Origin: Candidatus Saccharimonadota bacterium
GTDB taxonomy: Bacteria; Patescibacteriota; Gracilibacteria; UBA1369; 2-02-FULL-48-14
NCBI GenBank assembly: GCA_016699145.1
Contig: CP064962.1
Coordinates: 300,001 to 332,000, forward strand
DNA length: 32,000 bases
Direction of reading: 5' to 3'
Positions 14,834 to 22,298 of this stretch are shown in pieces (within the stretch, counting starts at the first letter, position 1; every line of letters begins with the position of its first letter). The notes beneath the pieces were generated by a model. That model saw only the letters and a program-made list of their open reading frames with translations, was not told where the DNA came from and ran no database searches. The position numbers were made by a program, and so were the translations under genes.

Positions 14834-15124
14834 TTAAATGACGCGTTTAACGCGAATTTGATGGGCTTCTTTAGGAAGTGGACTGCACTCCAAAAGTTCA
14901 TCCGCTGTGCAAAGCGAAGCGCCGAATTGATCTGCACGAGCCTCCAAAGAAAGTCCCGTCACCTGAGAAGTTTCTTTTACAGAAGAAGTGTCCAGCTCCT
15001 TCAAAACTTCAACATAAGTCAAAATATCTGTGAGCTGGCCGGCATAACGCTCCATTTCCTCGTCCGTCAGATGCAGACGAGCGAGTTTAGCGATGTGCTG
15101 TACTTGTTCTTTGGTGAGTTTCAC
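14834..15124 (-). CDS. gatC: Glu-tRNA(Gln) amidotransferase subunit C
   Basis: 96 aa. (GTG)KLTKEQVQHIAKLARLHLTDEEMERYAGQLTDILTYVEVLKELD is a typical GatC sequence. It lies 17 nt upstream of gatA on the same strand. Confidence 0.85.
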   Translation of the reverse strand: MKLTKEQVQHIAKLARLHLTDEEMERYAGQLTDILTYVEVLKELDTSSVKETSQVTGLSLEARADQFGASLCTADELLECSPLPKEAHQIRVKRVI

Positions 15125-15154
15125 GCGCCAACTCTAACGGAGGAGTAAAAACGC

Positions 15155-15183
15155 TTCAAGATCAAATAAAAGTACGCTATAGT
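15155..15183 (+). promoter_or_regulatory. Sigma70-like promoter candidate placed for a leaderless or near-leaderless transcript
   Basis: TTCAAG at 15155-15160, a 17-nt spacer, then TATAGT at 15178-15183. The A of ATG 15190 lies 7 nt after the -10 element. Confidence 0.45.
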
Positions 15184-15189
15184 AGCCAC

Positions 15190-15507
15190 ATGGAAAAAAC
15201 ATTAAAGAATTTAGCCTCCGTATCTCTGCTCTTCTTAGTGCTCACGGGGGGGTTGCACCTCAGTGCCACCTTTTTATGGATACAAGGAGAACAAAATGCC
15301 ACTCTAAAACTGTTTTCTCAAAGCTTAGATTTGCCTTTTTTACTCAGCGCTCTGCTCTATGGCAGCACTCGTTTTTCCCTTTCTATGGAAGAAGCCACGA
15401 ACAAAGGGAAAGTTTTTTTTATCGCATGCAGCCTCGTTTCTGCTTTGATTTTAAGCGTTGCTCTTTTTACTAATTTTGCTTTCCCCGATGCCTCCCTCTT
15501 CCGATAA
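15190..15507 (+). CDS. Small integral membrane protein (105 aa), hypothetical
   Basis: Three or four hydrophobic segments are visible (LASVSLLFLVLTGGLHL, LPFLLSALLYG, FFIACSLVSALILSVALF). The promoter sits directly upstream. Confidence 0.6.
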   Translation: MEKTLKNLASVSLLFLVLTGGLHLSATFLWIQGEQNATLKLFSQSLDLPFLLSALLYGSTRFSLSMEEATNKGKVFFIACSLVSALILSVALFTNFAFPDASLFR

Positions 15508-16006
15508 AAAAATCGTGATGGCCTTTGGGACCTTCGACTACTTTCATGCAGGTCACGAGGATTATTTACGCCAAGCCAAAATCTTAGGAGACCAATTGAT
15601 TGTGGTGGTGGGCCGCGATGAGACGGTAAAAAAAGTAAAAGGCTTCACTCCAGGTATGAATGAAAAAAAACGTCTGCGTGATGTAGCGGCTTGCACTCAT
15701 GTGGACAAGGCGGTGCTCGGTTACCCCGAAGACAAATATTACGTCATCAAAAAACACCGACCTCACATTTTGGCCTTGGGTTACGATCAATTTGCCTTTA
15801 CTTATGGGCTCAAAAACTTTTTCATCAAAGAAAACTTGGACATTGAAATCGTGCGCTTGGATGCATTTGAACCTCAAACCTTCAAAAGCTCTCTGATTCG
15901 AAACAAACTTGAAGGCGAAGAAAAACTCACCCTTCGCATCCCTTTACCCGACTCTTCTAAAGCCACGCCATGCGCCCCCGAAGCCCTCACTCTCTTCGCC
16001 GACTAG
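15488..16006 (+). CDS. Cytidylyltransferase-fold nucleotidyltransferase (RibL/TagD-like, HxGH motif)
   Basis: KIVMAFGTFDYFHAGHEDYLRQAKILGDQLIVVVGRDETV carries the GxFDxxHxGH signature. Start is chosen at ATG 15488. ATG 15518 or the upstream TTG are alternatives. Confidence 0.7.
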   Translation: MPPSSDKKIVMAFGTFDYFHAGHEDYLRQAKILGDQLIVVVGRDETVKKVKGFTPGMNEKKRLRDVAACTHVDKAVLGYPEDKYYVIKKHRPHILALGYDQFAFTYGLKNFFIKENLDIEIVRLDAFEPQTFKSSLIRNKLEGEEKLTLRIPLPDSSKATPCAPEALTLFAD

Positions 16007-16887
16007 CGATTTTGGCGTTGCAAAACGTCCATCGCAATTGGCTGCTCAGTGCCGCCACTATTCTAATGATGGGACTGATCCTCTTCATTTTCAACGTGAT
16101 GTTGCTGCTCAATATTCTGGCCCAAAACAGCCTGGACGAATTGGGTAAAAAAGTGGATTTGATCGTTTATCTCACCGATGAAGCTTCCCTTTACGAAGTA
16201 ACCGAATTGGCAAATGCGCTCGAGACTCAAGCCGAAATCGTTCAAGTGGAATACACCAGTAAAGACGATGCCCTCAAAGCTTTTTTAGCCCAGTACCCAG
16301 ATCAAAAAGACCCTTTCAAAGAGTATGGGATCGAAAATCCTCTTCCCGGTAGCTTGCGCATCGTGACCGAAACCCCCGGCGACCATGCAGACGTGCTGCA
16401 ATTCATCCAAGACTCGGTTTATGGAGAATTTTTGCTCGACACCGAAAGCACCAACGAAAACCAGACCATTGCGGAACGACTGCTGAATCTCACTGCATTC
16501 ACTCAAAAACTCATCCTGGGCGTGCTGGTTGCTTTTTTGATCGGAACTTTGCTCATGAGCATGAACGCCGTGCATTTGAGCATTTTCAATCGAAAAACCG
16601 AAATTCAAATCATGCAATTGGTGGGGGCCAAACCTTTCACCATTTACAGCCCATTTTTGATGGAGGGTGCGCTCTACAGTGTGCTCGCCACCTGCTTCAG
16701 CGGACTTTTATTGAGCATTTTTTTAAAGAGCACTCAACTGCTCCCTCACCTGAATTTTGCCCAAAAAAGCTCCCCTTTCACCTTGGCGGGGCTTGAATTT
16801 TTATGCAGCATTGCGCTGGGCCTTTTGGCCAGTTCCCTAGCCGTACGGCTTTATTTGCACCGCTCTTTAGTCCTCGACAACGCATGA
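15970..16887 (+). CDS. ftsX: Cell-division ABC-transporter permease-like protein FtsX
   Basis: The topology and sequence pattern fit FtsX: an N-terminal TM, a periplasmic-type loop (KVDLIVYLTDEAS...VEYTSKDDALKAF) and three C-terminal TM segments. No ftsE lies adjacent. Confidence 0.8.
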   Translation: MRPRSPHSLRRLAILALQNVHRNWLLSAATILMMGLILFIFNVMLLLNILAQNSLDELGKKVDLIVYLTDEASLYEVTELANALETQAEIVQVEYTSKDDALKAFLAQYPDQKDPFKEYGIENPLPGSLRIVTETPGDHADVLQFIQDSVYGEFLLDTESTNENQTIAERLLNLTAFTQKLILGVLVAFLIGTLLMSMNAVHLSIFNRKTEIQIMQLVGAKPFTIYSPFLMEGALYSVLATCFSGLLLSIFLKSTQLLPHLNFAQKSSPFTLAGLEFLCSIALGLLASSLAVRLYLHRSLVLDNA

Positions 16888-17660
16888 TCAAAAACTTCAC
16901 TGGAATCATCATCAAACGCAAAGAATGGGGGGAACAGGACTGCCTCGTCTCTGTATTGACCGATGAAGGCACACGCCTGGACCTGGTAGCAAAGGGTGCA
17001 GGAAGCCCTCGATCGAAACGCAGAGCACATTTGGAATTGATGAATCAAGTCAAAGGCACTGTGTATCAAAGCAGCCATCAGCTTTATTTGCAGTCGGTGG
17101 AATGCATACAAAGCCATTTCCACTTGAAACAAAATTTTGAGCGTGTCTTGCAAACTTATCTTCTTTTAGAAGTGATTGAGCAAAGTTTGATGCCCGAAAA
17201 CGGAGACCCTCACTTGTACGAACTTTTAGAAAAAACATTACTCCACCTCAATCAAAAAGAAAGCTGTCACCTAGGGGCAGAAATCGGCCTGGTGAAATGG
17301 GGGGAAGCCCTCGGAGTCTTACCCAGTTTTAGAAGCTGTGGAAATTGTCATCAGCATCTGGCAGAAAAAGCACAATGGAATCTAGAAAAGCAAGTTTTGC
17401 ACTGCTTGAACTGCGCCGCACCCCAGGGAGAAGACTTGCCTCTAAAATACTGTAAAGCTCTGGAATATTTTAAAAATGCCAGTTTTGAAGAGTGCCATTC
17501 TCTCGTTTTTCAAGAAGAAGAAATCAAAAAACTACGTGAACTGATCCCTTACCTCTTGCGCAGCCATTTGGAACGCCCCTTAAAAAGTCTGGAGGCCAGC
17601 TCAAGAAGCACCCAATTCCTTCCAAACAGCGCTCACAAAGCGCTGCCCATCCAAGCCTGA
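16884..17660 (+). CDS. recO: DNA repair protein RecO
   Basis: MIKNFTGIIIKRKEWGEQDCLVSVLTDEGTRLDLVAKGA indicates the OB-fold N-terminus. A Cys4 zinc motif (CGNC...CLNC) is present. The ATG overlaps the ftsX TGA as ATGA at 16884-16887. Confidence 0.8.
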   Translation: MIKNFTGIIIKRKEWGEQDCLVSVLTDEGTRLDLVAKGAGSPRSKRRAHLELMNQVKGTVYQSSHQLYLQSVECIQSHFHLKQNFERVLQTYLLLEVIEQSLMPENGDPHLYELLEKTLLHLNQKESCHLGAEIGLVKWGEALGVLPSFRSCGNCHQHLAEKAQWNLEKQVLHCLNCAAPQGEDLPLKYCKALEYFKNASFEECHSLVFQEEEIKKLRELIPYLLRSHLERPLKSLEASSRSTQFLPNSAHKALPIQA

Positions 17661-19604
17661 AAGTTCACGACAACTCAGTCGATGGATGCGTATGGAGTGC
17701 CCCCGAGTGACATAAGCAATCAAGGGACAAGGGGCTTTGGGCTTGCAACACGCGCTCAAAATCACCGGCAAATTCTCTTCCTCAGTCACCAAAACCTTCT
17801 GAGAAAAAGAAGGGGAGGAAGGCCCAGCCAACTTCGCTTTGGGCTCCTCTTTTTCGACAAGCAAAGGAGCCTCCAAGCTAGGAGATTCACGCAGCTCTCG
17901 ACCAGCCAGCAGATTCAATTCTTTGTCCTGGCTATTGAACCAATTGCGAATCTTGGCTTTGGCGGCAGTGGTTTTTGCAATGGAATACCAATAGCGATTG
18001 GGTTTGGCATTGGAACGCGTCGTGATTTCAAGCACGTCCCCGTTTTGCAATTCATAATCCAAAGGCACGATACGCCCATTGGCCTTGGCATTCAGCAATT
18101 TGTGCCCCAATTCCGTGTGCACTCTATAGGCAAAATCAATGGGCGTGGAGCCACGAGGCAATTCCAAAACCTGGCGTTTCGGCGTCAGTACAAAAATACG
18201 ATCCGGGTACACGTCCATTTCTGAACTCACCTCTCCCGTTTCCGAAAGACCTCTAAGCCACGCCAGCTGCTCCTCCACCTGAGGATGCAAATGCAAGGGC
18301 CCCATGCTGCGCGCCTTGCGAATACAAGTGAGCTTTTCCTCATCAATTCCGCGTTTCAAAAGCAATTCTTCCACCTTGCTTCGATCCGAAGGAAACATGT
18401 GTTGAAAATCTTCCAACCAAGGCTGAACCCACGTCAGCAAGTCCGGTTCTACCTTCACCATGAGCTGGATACGCCTCACGGTTTCGCGCACCATTTTTTG
18501 CTGCTGAGGAGTGAGCGCGCTTTTTTGAGAACCATTCCCCATTTTATAGGCCCAATGCGAGGCAATGCCCAATTCCGATTCTCGATGCATTTGCAAAGTA
18601 CGGATCTGCACCTCTGTGGCTTCGTCATACAAATCCCCACCCAATCCCAAAACTGTGGTGTGCAAACTGCGATACCCATTGGGCTTGGGCACCGCCACAT
18701 AATCTTTAAATCGTCCCGGCAAAGGCACAAATTTCTGATGGATGAGGCTGATCGTGGCGTACAAAGAGCTCAATTCTTCCTCCCCTTTTTCATAATGATC
18801 CGGCAAAAGAATACGTACCGCAAAAAGATCATAAATCGAATCCAAAGAAAATTTCTCCTTTTTTTCCATTTTTTGATAGAGACTCCAGAGGTGCTTGAAA
18901 CGCCCCTGAATTTTTTCCACTTTTATGCCTTCCCGGACTAAAAATTGCTCCAGATTAGAAACGGCAAATTCCATGCCTTTTTCACTGCGAGCGCGTTGGG
19001 AAGCCACTTGAGCCAGCAAATCTTCATAGGCCTGCGGATACAGGTATTTGAAGCACAAATCCTCCAATTCACTTTTAATGGAATACAAACCCAAACGGGA
19101 AGCAATGGCGGCATGCACCAGCAAAGATTCGCGCGCGATGCGCTCTTGTTTTTCTTGAGGGACAAACTCCAAAGTTCGCATGTTGTGTAAACGCTCAGCC
19201 AGCTTAATGAACACAATGCGCACATCCTTCGCCATGGCCAAAAACATTTTCTTCCACTTTTCCGCTTCCGTGTCCTCTTTACGAATCTTCACCACTGAAA
19301 GACGATTCATCCCCTCCACCAGACCACTCACCTCAGAGCCAAACTGTTTTTCAAGAGCAGCAAGGCTCACCCCCGTGCCTTCCAAAACATCGTGCAAAAG
19401 AGCCGCTTGCAAGGTTGTCAAATCTGGGTTCAAAGGCAGCAAAATTTCAGCCACCGCCACCGGATGGACCAAATACGGCTCACCCGAATAACGCTGCTGC
19501 CCTTCATGAGACACTTTGGCAAAAGCATAAGCCTCATCCAAAAGCGCCAGATTGAGATCCGGCCTTTGTAGAGAAAGGATATTGCGTAAATCTAAATAAG
19601 CCAT
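17601..19604 (-). CDS. rel: Long RSH (Rel/SpoT-type) (p)ppGpp synthetase/hydrolase without a C-terminal ACT/RRM domain
   Basis: HD domain (HPVAVAEIL...LLHDVLEGTG), synthetase motifs (YRSLHTTV, EVQIRTLQMHRESELGIASHWAYK), a TGS domain (IFVLTPKRQVLELPRGSTPIDFAYRVHTELG...NGDVLEITT) and a Cys-rich ZFD (CCKPKAPCPLIAYVTRGHSIRIHRLSC). The protein ends right after the ZFD. Confidence 0.9.
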   Translation of the reverse strand: MAYLDLRNILSLQRPDLNLALLDEAYAFAKVSHEGQQRYSGEPYLVHPVAVAEILLPLNPDLTTLQAALLHDVLEGTGVSLAALEKQFGSEVSGLVEGMNRLSVVKIRKEDTEAEKWKKMFLAMAKDVRIVFIKLAERLHNMRTLEFVPQEKQERIARESLLVHAAIASRLGLYSIKSELEDLCFKYLYPQAYEDLLAQVASQRARSEKGMEFAVSNLEQFLVREGIKVEKIQGRFKHLWSLYQKMEKKEKFSLDSIYDLFAVRILLPDHYEKGEEELSSLYATISLIHQKFVPLPGRFKDYVAVPKPNGYRSLHTTVLGLGGDLYDEATEVQIRTLQMHRESELGIASHWAYKMGNGSQKSALTPQQQKMVRETVRRIQLMVKVEPDLLTWVQPWLEDFQHMFPSDRSKVEELLLKRGIDEEKLTCIRKARSMGPLHLHPQVEEQLAWLRGLSETGEVSSEMDVYPDRIFVLTPKRQVLELPRGSTPIDFAYRVHTELGHKLLNAKANGRIVPLDYELQNGDVLEITTRSNAKPNRYWYSIAKTTAAKAKIRNWFNSQDKELNLLAGRELRESPSLEAPLLVEKEEPKAKLAGPSSPSFSQKVLVTEEENLPVILSACCKPKAPCPLIAYVTRGHSIRIHRLSCRELSGLDGQRFVSAVWKELGAS

Positions 19605-19636
19605 GCCTCTATCTTAATGAGAGGAGCAAAAAAGGT

Positions 19637-20722
19637 CTACAGATCCGAAACACTTTCAATGAGATCCAGATCCGATCCTTCCACTTCCACCACTCGAATC
19701 CCTTTGACCAGGGCTTCTTCATTGAGTTCAATGTCCAACAATTTGTTTTCTACATAAGGAATGATTTGTTCATAGTAGGCCAGCAACTTTTCGCGAGCAA
19801 AGTAATGAGCCCTCAAACGGATCAATTCTTGACCATAACCCACAAAAGCATCCAAAGCAGCCGTGCTGGCATAAGCATCCAATTCCTCCAATTCTTCAAA
19901 AAAAACAGCTTCTCGTTCGTCCTTATTCGTCTCCACGGTCGAAAAAGCTCGGGTCAAGGTTTCAACTTCACTTAAAAGAACTTCCCGACTTTGCAAAGCG
20001 CTGCGATGATAAAAATTCAGTTCCTGCACATATTCTTGCAAAGCTTCACGTCGATCCGAAGAGCGATTCAAAAGTTCATTCACATCCACTTGAGCGCTTT
20101 CATAGACTTTAGAAAAATCATGGATGTGTTTTTGCAAAGCATCGTCCCCATTTCCTTCCAAACCCAGATCTTCCCCTGCATCGAGACTTTCATCGTCTTC
20201 CAAGCCCGTGTCCCCCAGGTGCATTCCTGCCCACAGCGAGTCATCAGGATAGCGGCTTTGCCCTCCTTCAGAAGGCTCGGAAGGGTCTTGCGTTTCATCT
20301 TCCACTTCACGGGGTTCATCTGTAGAAAAATCGCGCCCCTCCCGCCATTGAACAATTCCATAGATCAGTAAGGCTAAAAGACCCACTCCCAAAACTCCAC
20401 CACAGCAAAATTTGAACTGACGGACTCCCAAACCGGCTTCTTTTAAAATATCCAAAAATCCTCCCCCCTCTTCCTCAGAAAAAGCAGCCGCTCCAGATTC
20501 TCCTTTGGAATCCATGTCCAATTCTTTCAGTTGATCTTTCACCTTACGACGACGTTCCAAGAGTTCTTTGCTCGCATCCATATCTTGCACTTCAAAAGTG
20601 TCGAATTGTTTCAAAACTTCCGGAGCATCCACTTCCAACTCCTCTTTGGGAGCTTCCTTGGAATGGGAATCTGGATTTTTAGGTTCCTCTGCAGGACGAG
20701 ACGATTGAGAGTGATCCGCCAT
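19637..20722 (-). CDS. Hypothetical single-pass membrane protein, acidic (361 aa)
   Basis: ATG-initiated ORF with one TM segment (FCCGGVLGVGLLALLIYGIVQW) and acidic flanks. It lies 32 nt upstream of rel on the same strand. Confidence 0.7.
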   Translation of the reverse strand: MADHSQSSRPAEEPKNPDSHSKEAPKEELEVDAPEVLKQFDTFEVQDMDASKELLERRRKVKDQLKELDMDSKGESGAAAFSEEEGGGFLDILKEAGLGVRQFKFCCGGVLGVGLLALLIYGIVQWREGRDFSTDEPREVEDETQDPSEPSEGGQSRYPDDSLWAGMHLGDTGLEDDESLDAGEDLGLEGNGDDALQKHIHDFSKVYESAQVDVNELLNRSSDRREALQEYVQELNFYHRSALQSREVLLSEVETLTRAFSTVETNKDEREAVFFEELEELDAYASTAALDAFVGYGQELIRLRAHYFAREKLLAYYEQIIPYVENKLLDIELNEEALVKGIRVVEVEGSDLDLIESVSDL

Positions 20723-20774
20723 AAATTAAAATTTCATCAGTTCATTATAACACAAAACCAGCAAATCCAACAGG

Positions 20775-21272
20775 TCAAAAAGGCAAAAGCCAAAAAATCA
20801 CCATAAGAATAAAGAGAAAGATAAAAATGGCTTCCCCCTGCATCTTACCTTCAGAGTGGAGCAGCTTGGCGGTGACGACTAAAAGCCAAAGGCTAGAAAT
20901 CCCTCCCAAACCTGGAAGAATTCCCAACACATTCACCAGACTGGCATAGCCCAGCACCTGAAAAAACCCTTGGGCACTGAGTTTGGAATGGAATAATTTT
21001 TCTGCTACCAAGCCCATACAGAACAAGATGAAAATCCGAGCCAAGGCCCCGCTCAGTGCAAAAAACAAAACGGCGAACAGATCCGGCCGATAAGTCACCC
21101 ATTCGACCCGTATGGGAAAGAACAAAGGACACAAACTCAAAGCCAGCGTACCCAGCCCAATGCAAAGCAAGGCATTGCGCCATTTACCGCGATCCTGAGC
21201 CACGGAATGCAAAGCGGCTTCTTTCAATTGCAAGATCTGCCAAGCTTCAGAAGCAATGTCGGCAAAATTCAT
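20775..21272 (-). CDS. Multi-pass membrane protein, Yip1-domain-like (165 aa)
   Basis: A short soluble N-terminus is followed by four or five hydrophobic helices. The family assignment is tentative. Confidence 0.65.
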   Translation of the reverse strand: MNFADIASEAWQILQLKEAALHSVAQDRGKWRNALLCIGLGTLALSLCPLFFPIRVEWVTYRPDLFAVLFFALSGALARIFILFCMGLVAEKLFHSKLSAQGFFQVLGYASLVNVLGILPGLGGISSLWLLVVTAKLLHSEGKMQGEAIFIFLFILMVIFWLLPF

Positions 21273-21358
21273 AAAAACAAAAAAGAAGTAAAACTGTTTT
21301 ACAGAATAGCAAGGCTGTGCTTAGATTTGAATGTATTTTTTATTCCTTATCTTGCATT

Positions 21359-22114
21359 ATGCAACAAAATACAACCGACTTTATTGCCAAAATGGCATGG
21401 GAAACCACAAAAACCCATTGGAAGGATTTCATGATTCTACCCACAGCCGTTGGTGCCATGGTTTGCCTCCTCATGTGCTTAGTATTCCTCGGAGGCGCAT
21501 CTCCGGCTAAAAGTTTCATCGCTTTCTTGCTTTACATCGCTTGGATTGTGTTCCTCGTTGCTTTTGCAGGCGCTCTCGCCAAATGGTGCAGCGATCTTTA
21601 CAACGGCGCCAAAAAGCTAGACATTCAAGAGGGACTCCGCTACGGGCTTTCCCGTTTTTGGGGAACGCTCGGAACAAGTCTGTTAACAGCGATCAAAATT
21701 GTCCTTTGGTCTCTTCTCTTAGTGATTCCAGGTTTGTACAAGGCAGTGATGTACTCCAAGTCCACTAGAGTCTCTCAACTTGAAAAAATTTCAGGTGGCG
21801 ATGCCAACCGCATCAGTCAAAAAATGATTTCCAGTGCCGGATTCATGCGCACACTCGGAAACTACTGTGCAATTTCCTTGGTCAGTACTTTGTTTTTTTA
21901 TCTCTTCGCATTGGCCGCAGCCCTTGTGAGTGGAGGATTTGGATTGGCCTCTGAAACTCTCGGGGGGATTGTATTTATACTTGCCCTCGTCGTCGGAGGA
22001 ATGGTTCTGAACATCTTTATTTTGGTTTACGGCACTTACGAATACCTCATCTACCGTGATGAGAACAAAGCAGAGCTCACTGCTCTCATGAAGACCTTAG
22101 CCAGCATGAAGTAG
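21359..22114 (+). CDS. Multi-pass membrane protein, hypothetical
   Basis: Start chosen at ATG 21359 (MQQNTTDFIAKMAWETTKTHWKDF...). The ORF-track start at 21317 is GTG. Several long hydrophobic helices are present. Confidence 0.7.
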   Translation: MQQNTTDFIAKMAWETTKTHWKDFMILPTAVGAMVCLLMCLVFLGGASPAKSFIAFLLYIAWIVFLVAFAGALAKWCSDLYNGAKKLDIQEGLRYGLSRFWGTLGTSLLTAIKIVLWSLLLVIPGLYKAVMYSKSTRVSQLEKISGGDANRISQKMISSAGFMRTLGNYCAISLVSTLFFYLFALAAALVSGGFGLASETLGGIVFILALVVGGMVLNIFILVYGTYEYLIYRDENKAELTALMKTLASMK

Positions 22115-22144
22115 TTTTCAGGCTAAGTTAGATTAACAAAAACT

Positions 22145-22185
22145 AAATAAGCCCGAGTGTCAATAAAAGACGCCCGGGCTTATTT
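22145..22185 (+). terminator. Long hairpin, putative intrinsic terminator after the membrane-protein gene
   Basis: AAATAAGCCCG (22145-22155) pairs with CGGGCTTATTT (22175-22185). The inner helix GTGTC/GACGC includes one G-U pair. The loop is 7 nt (AATAAAA) and the U-rich 3' arm is TTATTT. Confidence 0.5.
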
Positions 22186-22206
22186 GCTGCCAATCTGATT
22201 TTCACC

Positions 22207-22266
22207 TAGAGGCTATCTTAAAATCCTCTGCGTTCTTGCTCTTCCCTTTTTTTGAGATAGCCTCTA
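22207..22266 (+). repeat. 12-bp perfect inverted repeat (TAGAGGCTATCT / AGATAGCCTCTA) separated by 36 nt, upstream of hppA
   Basis: Read directly: left arm 22207-22218, right arm 22255-22266. The right arm ends 33 nt before the hppA ATG. Confidence 0.8.
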
Positions 22267-22298
22267 AAATTTCGCCGAACTTTAATCTTTTATTATTT

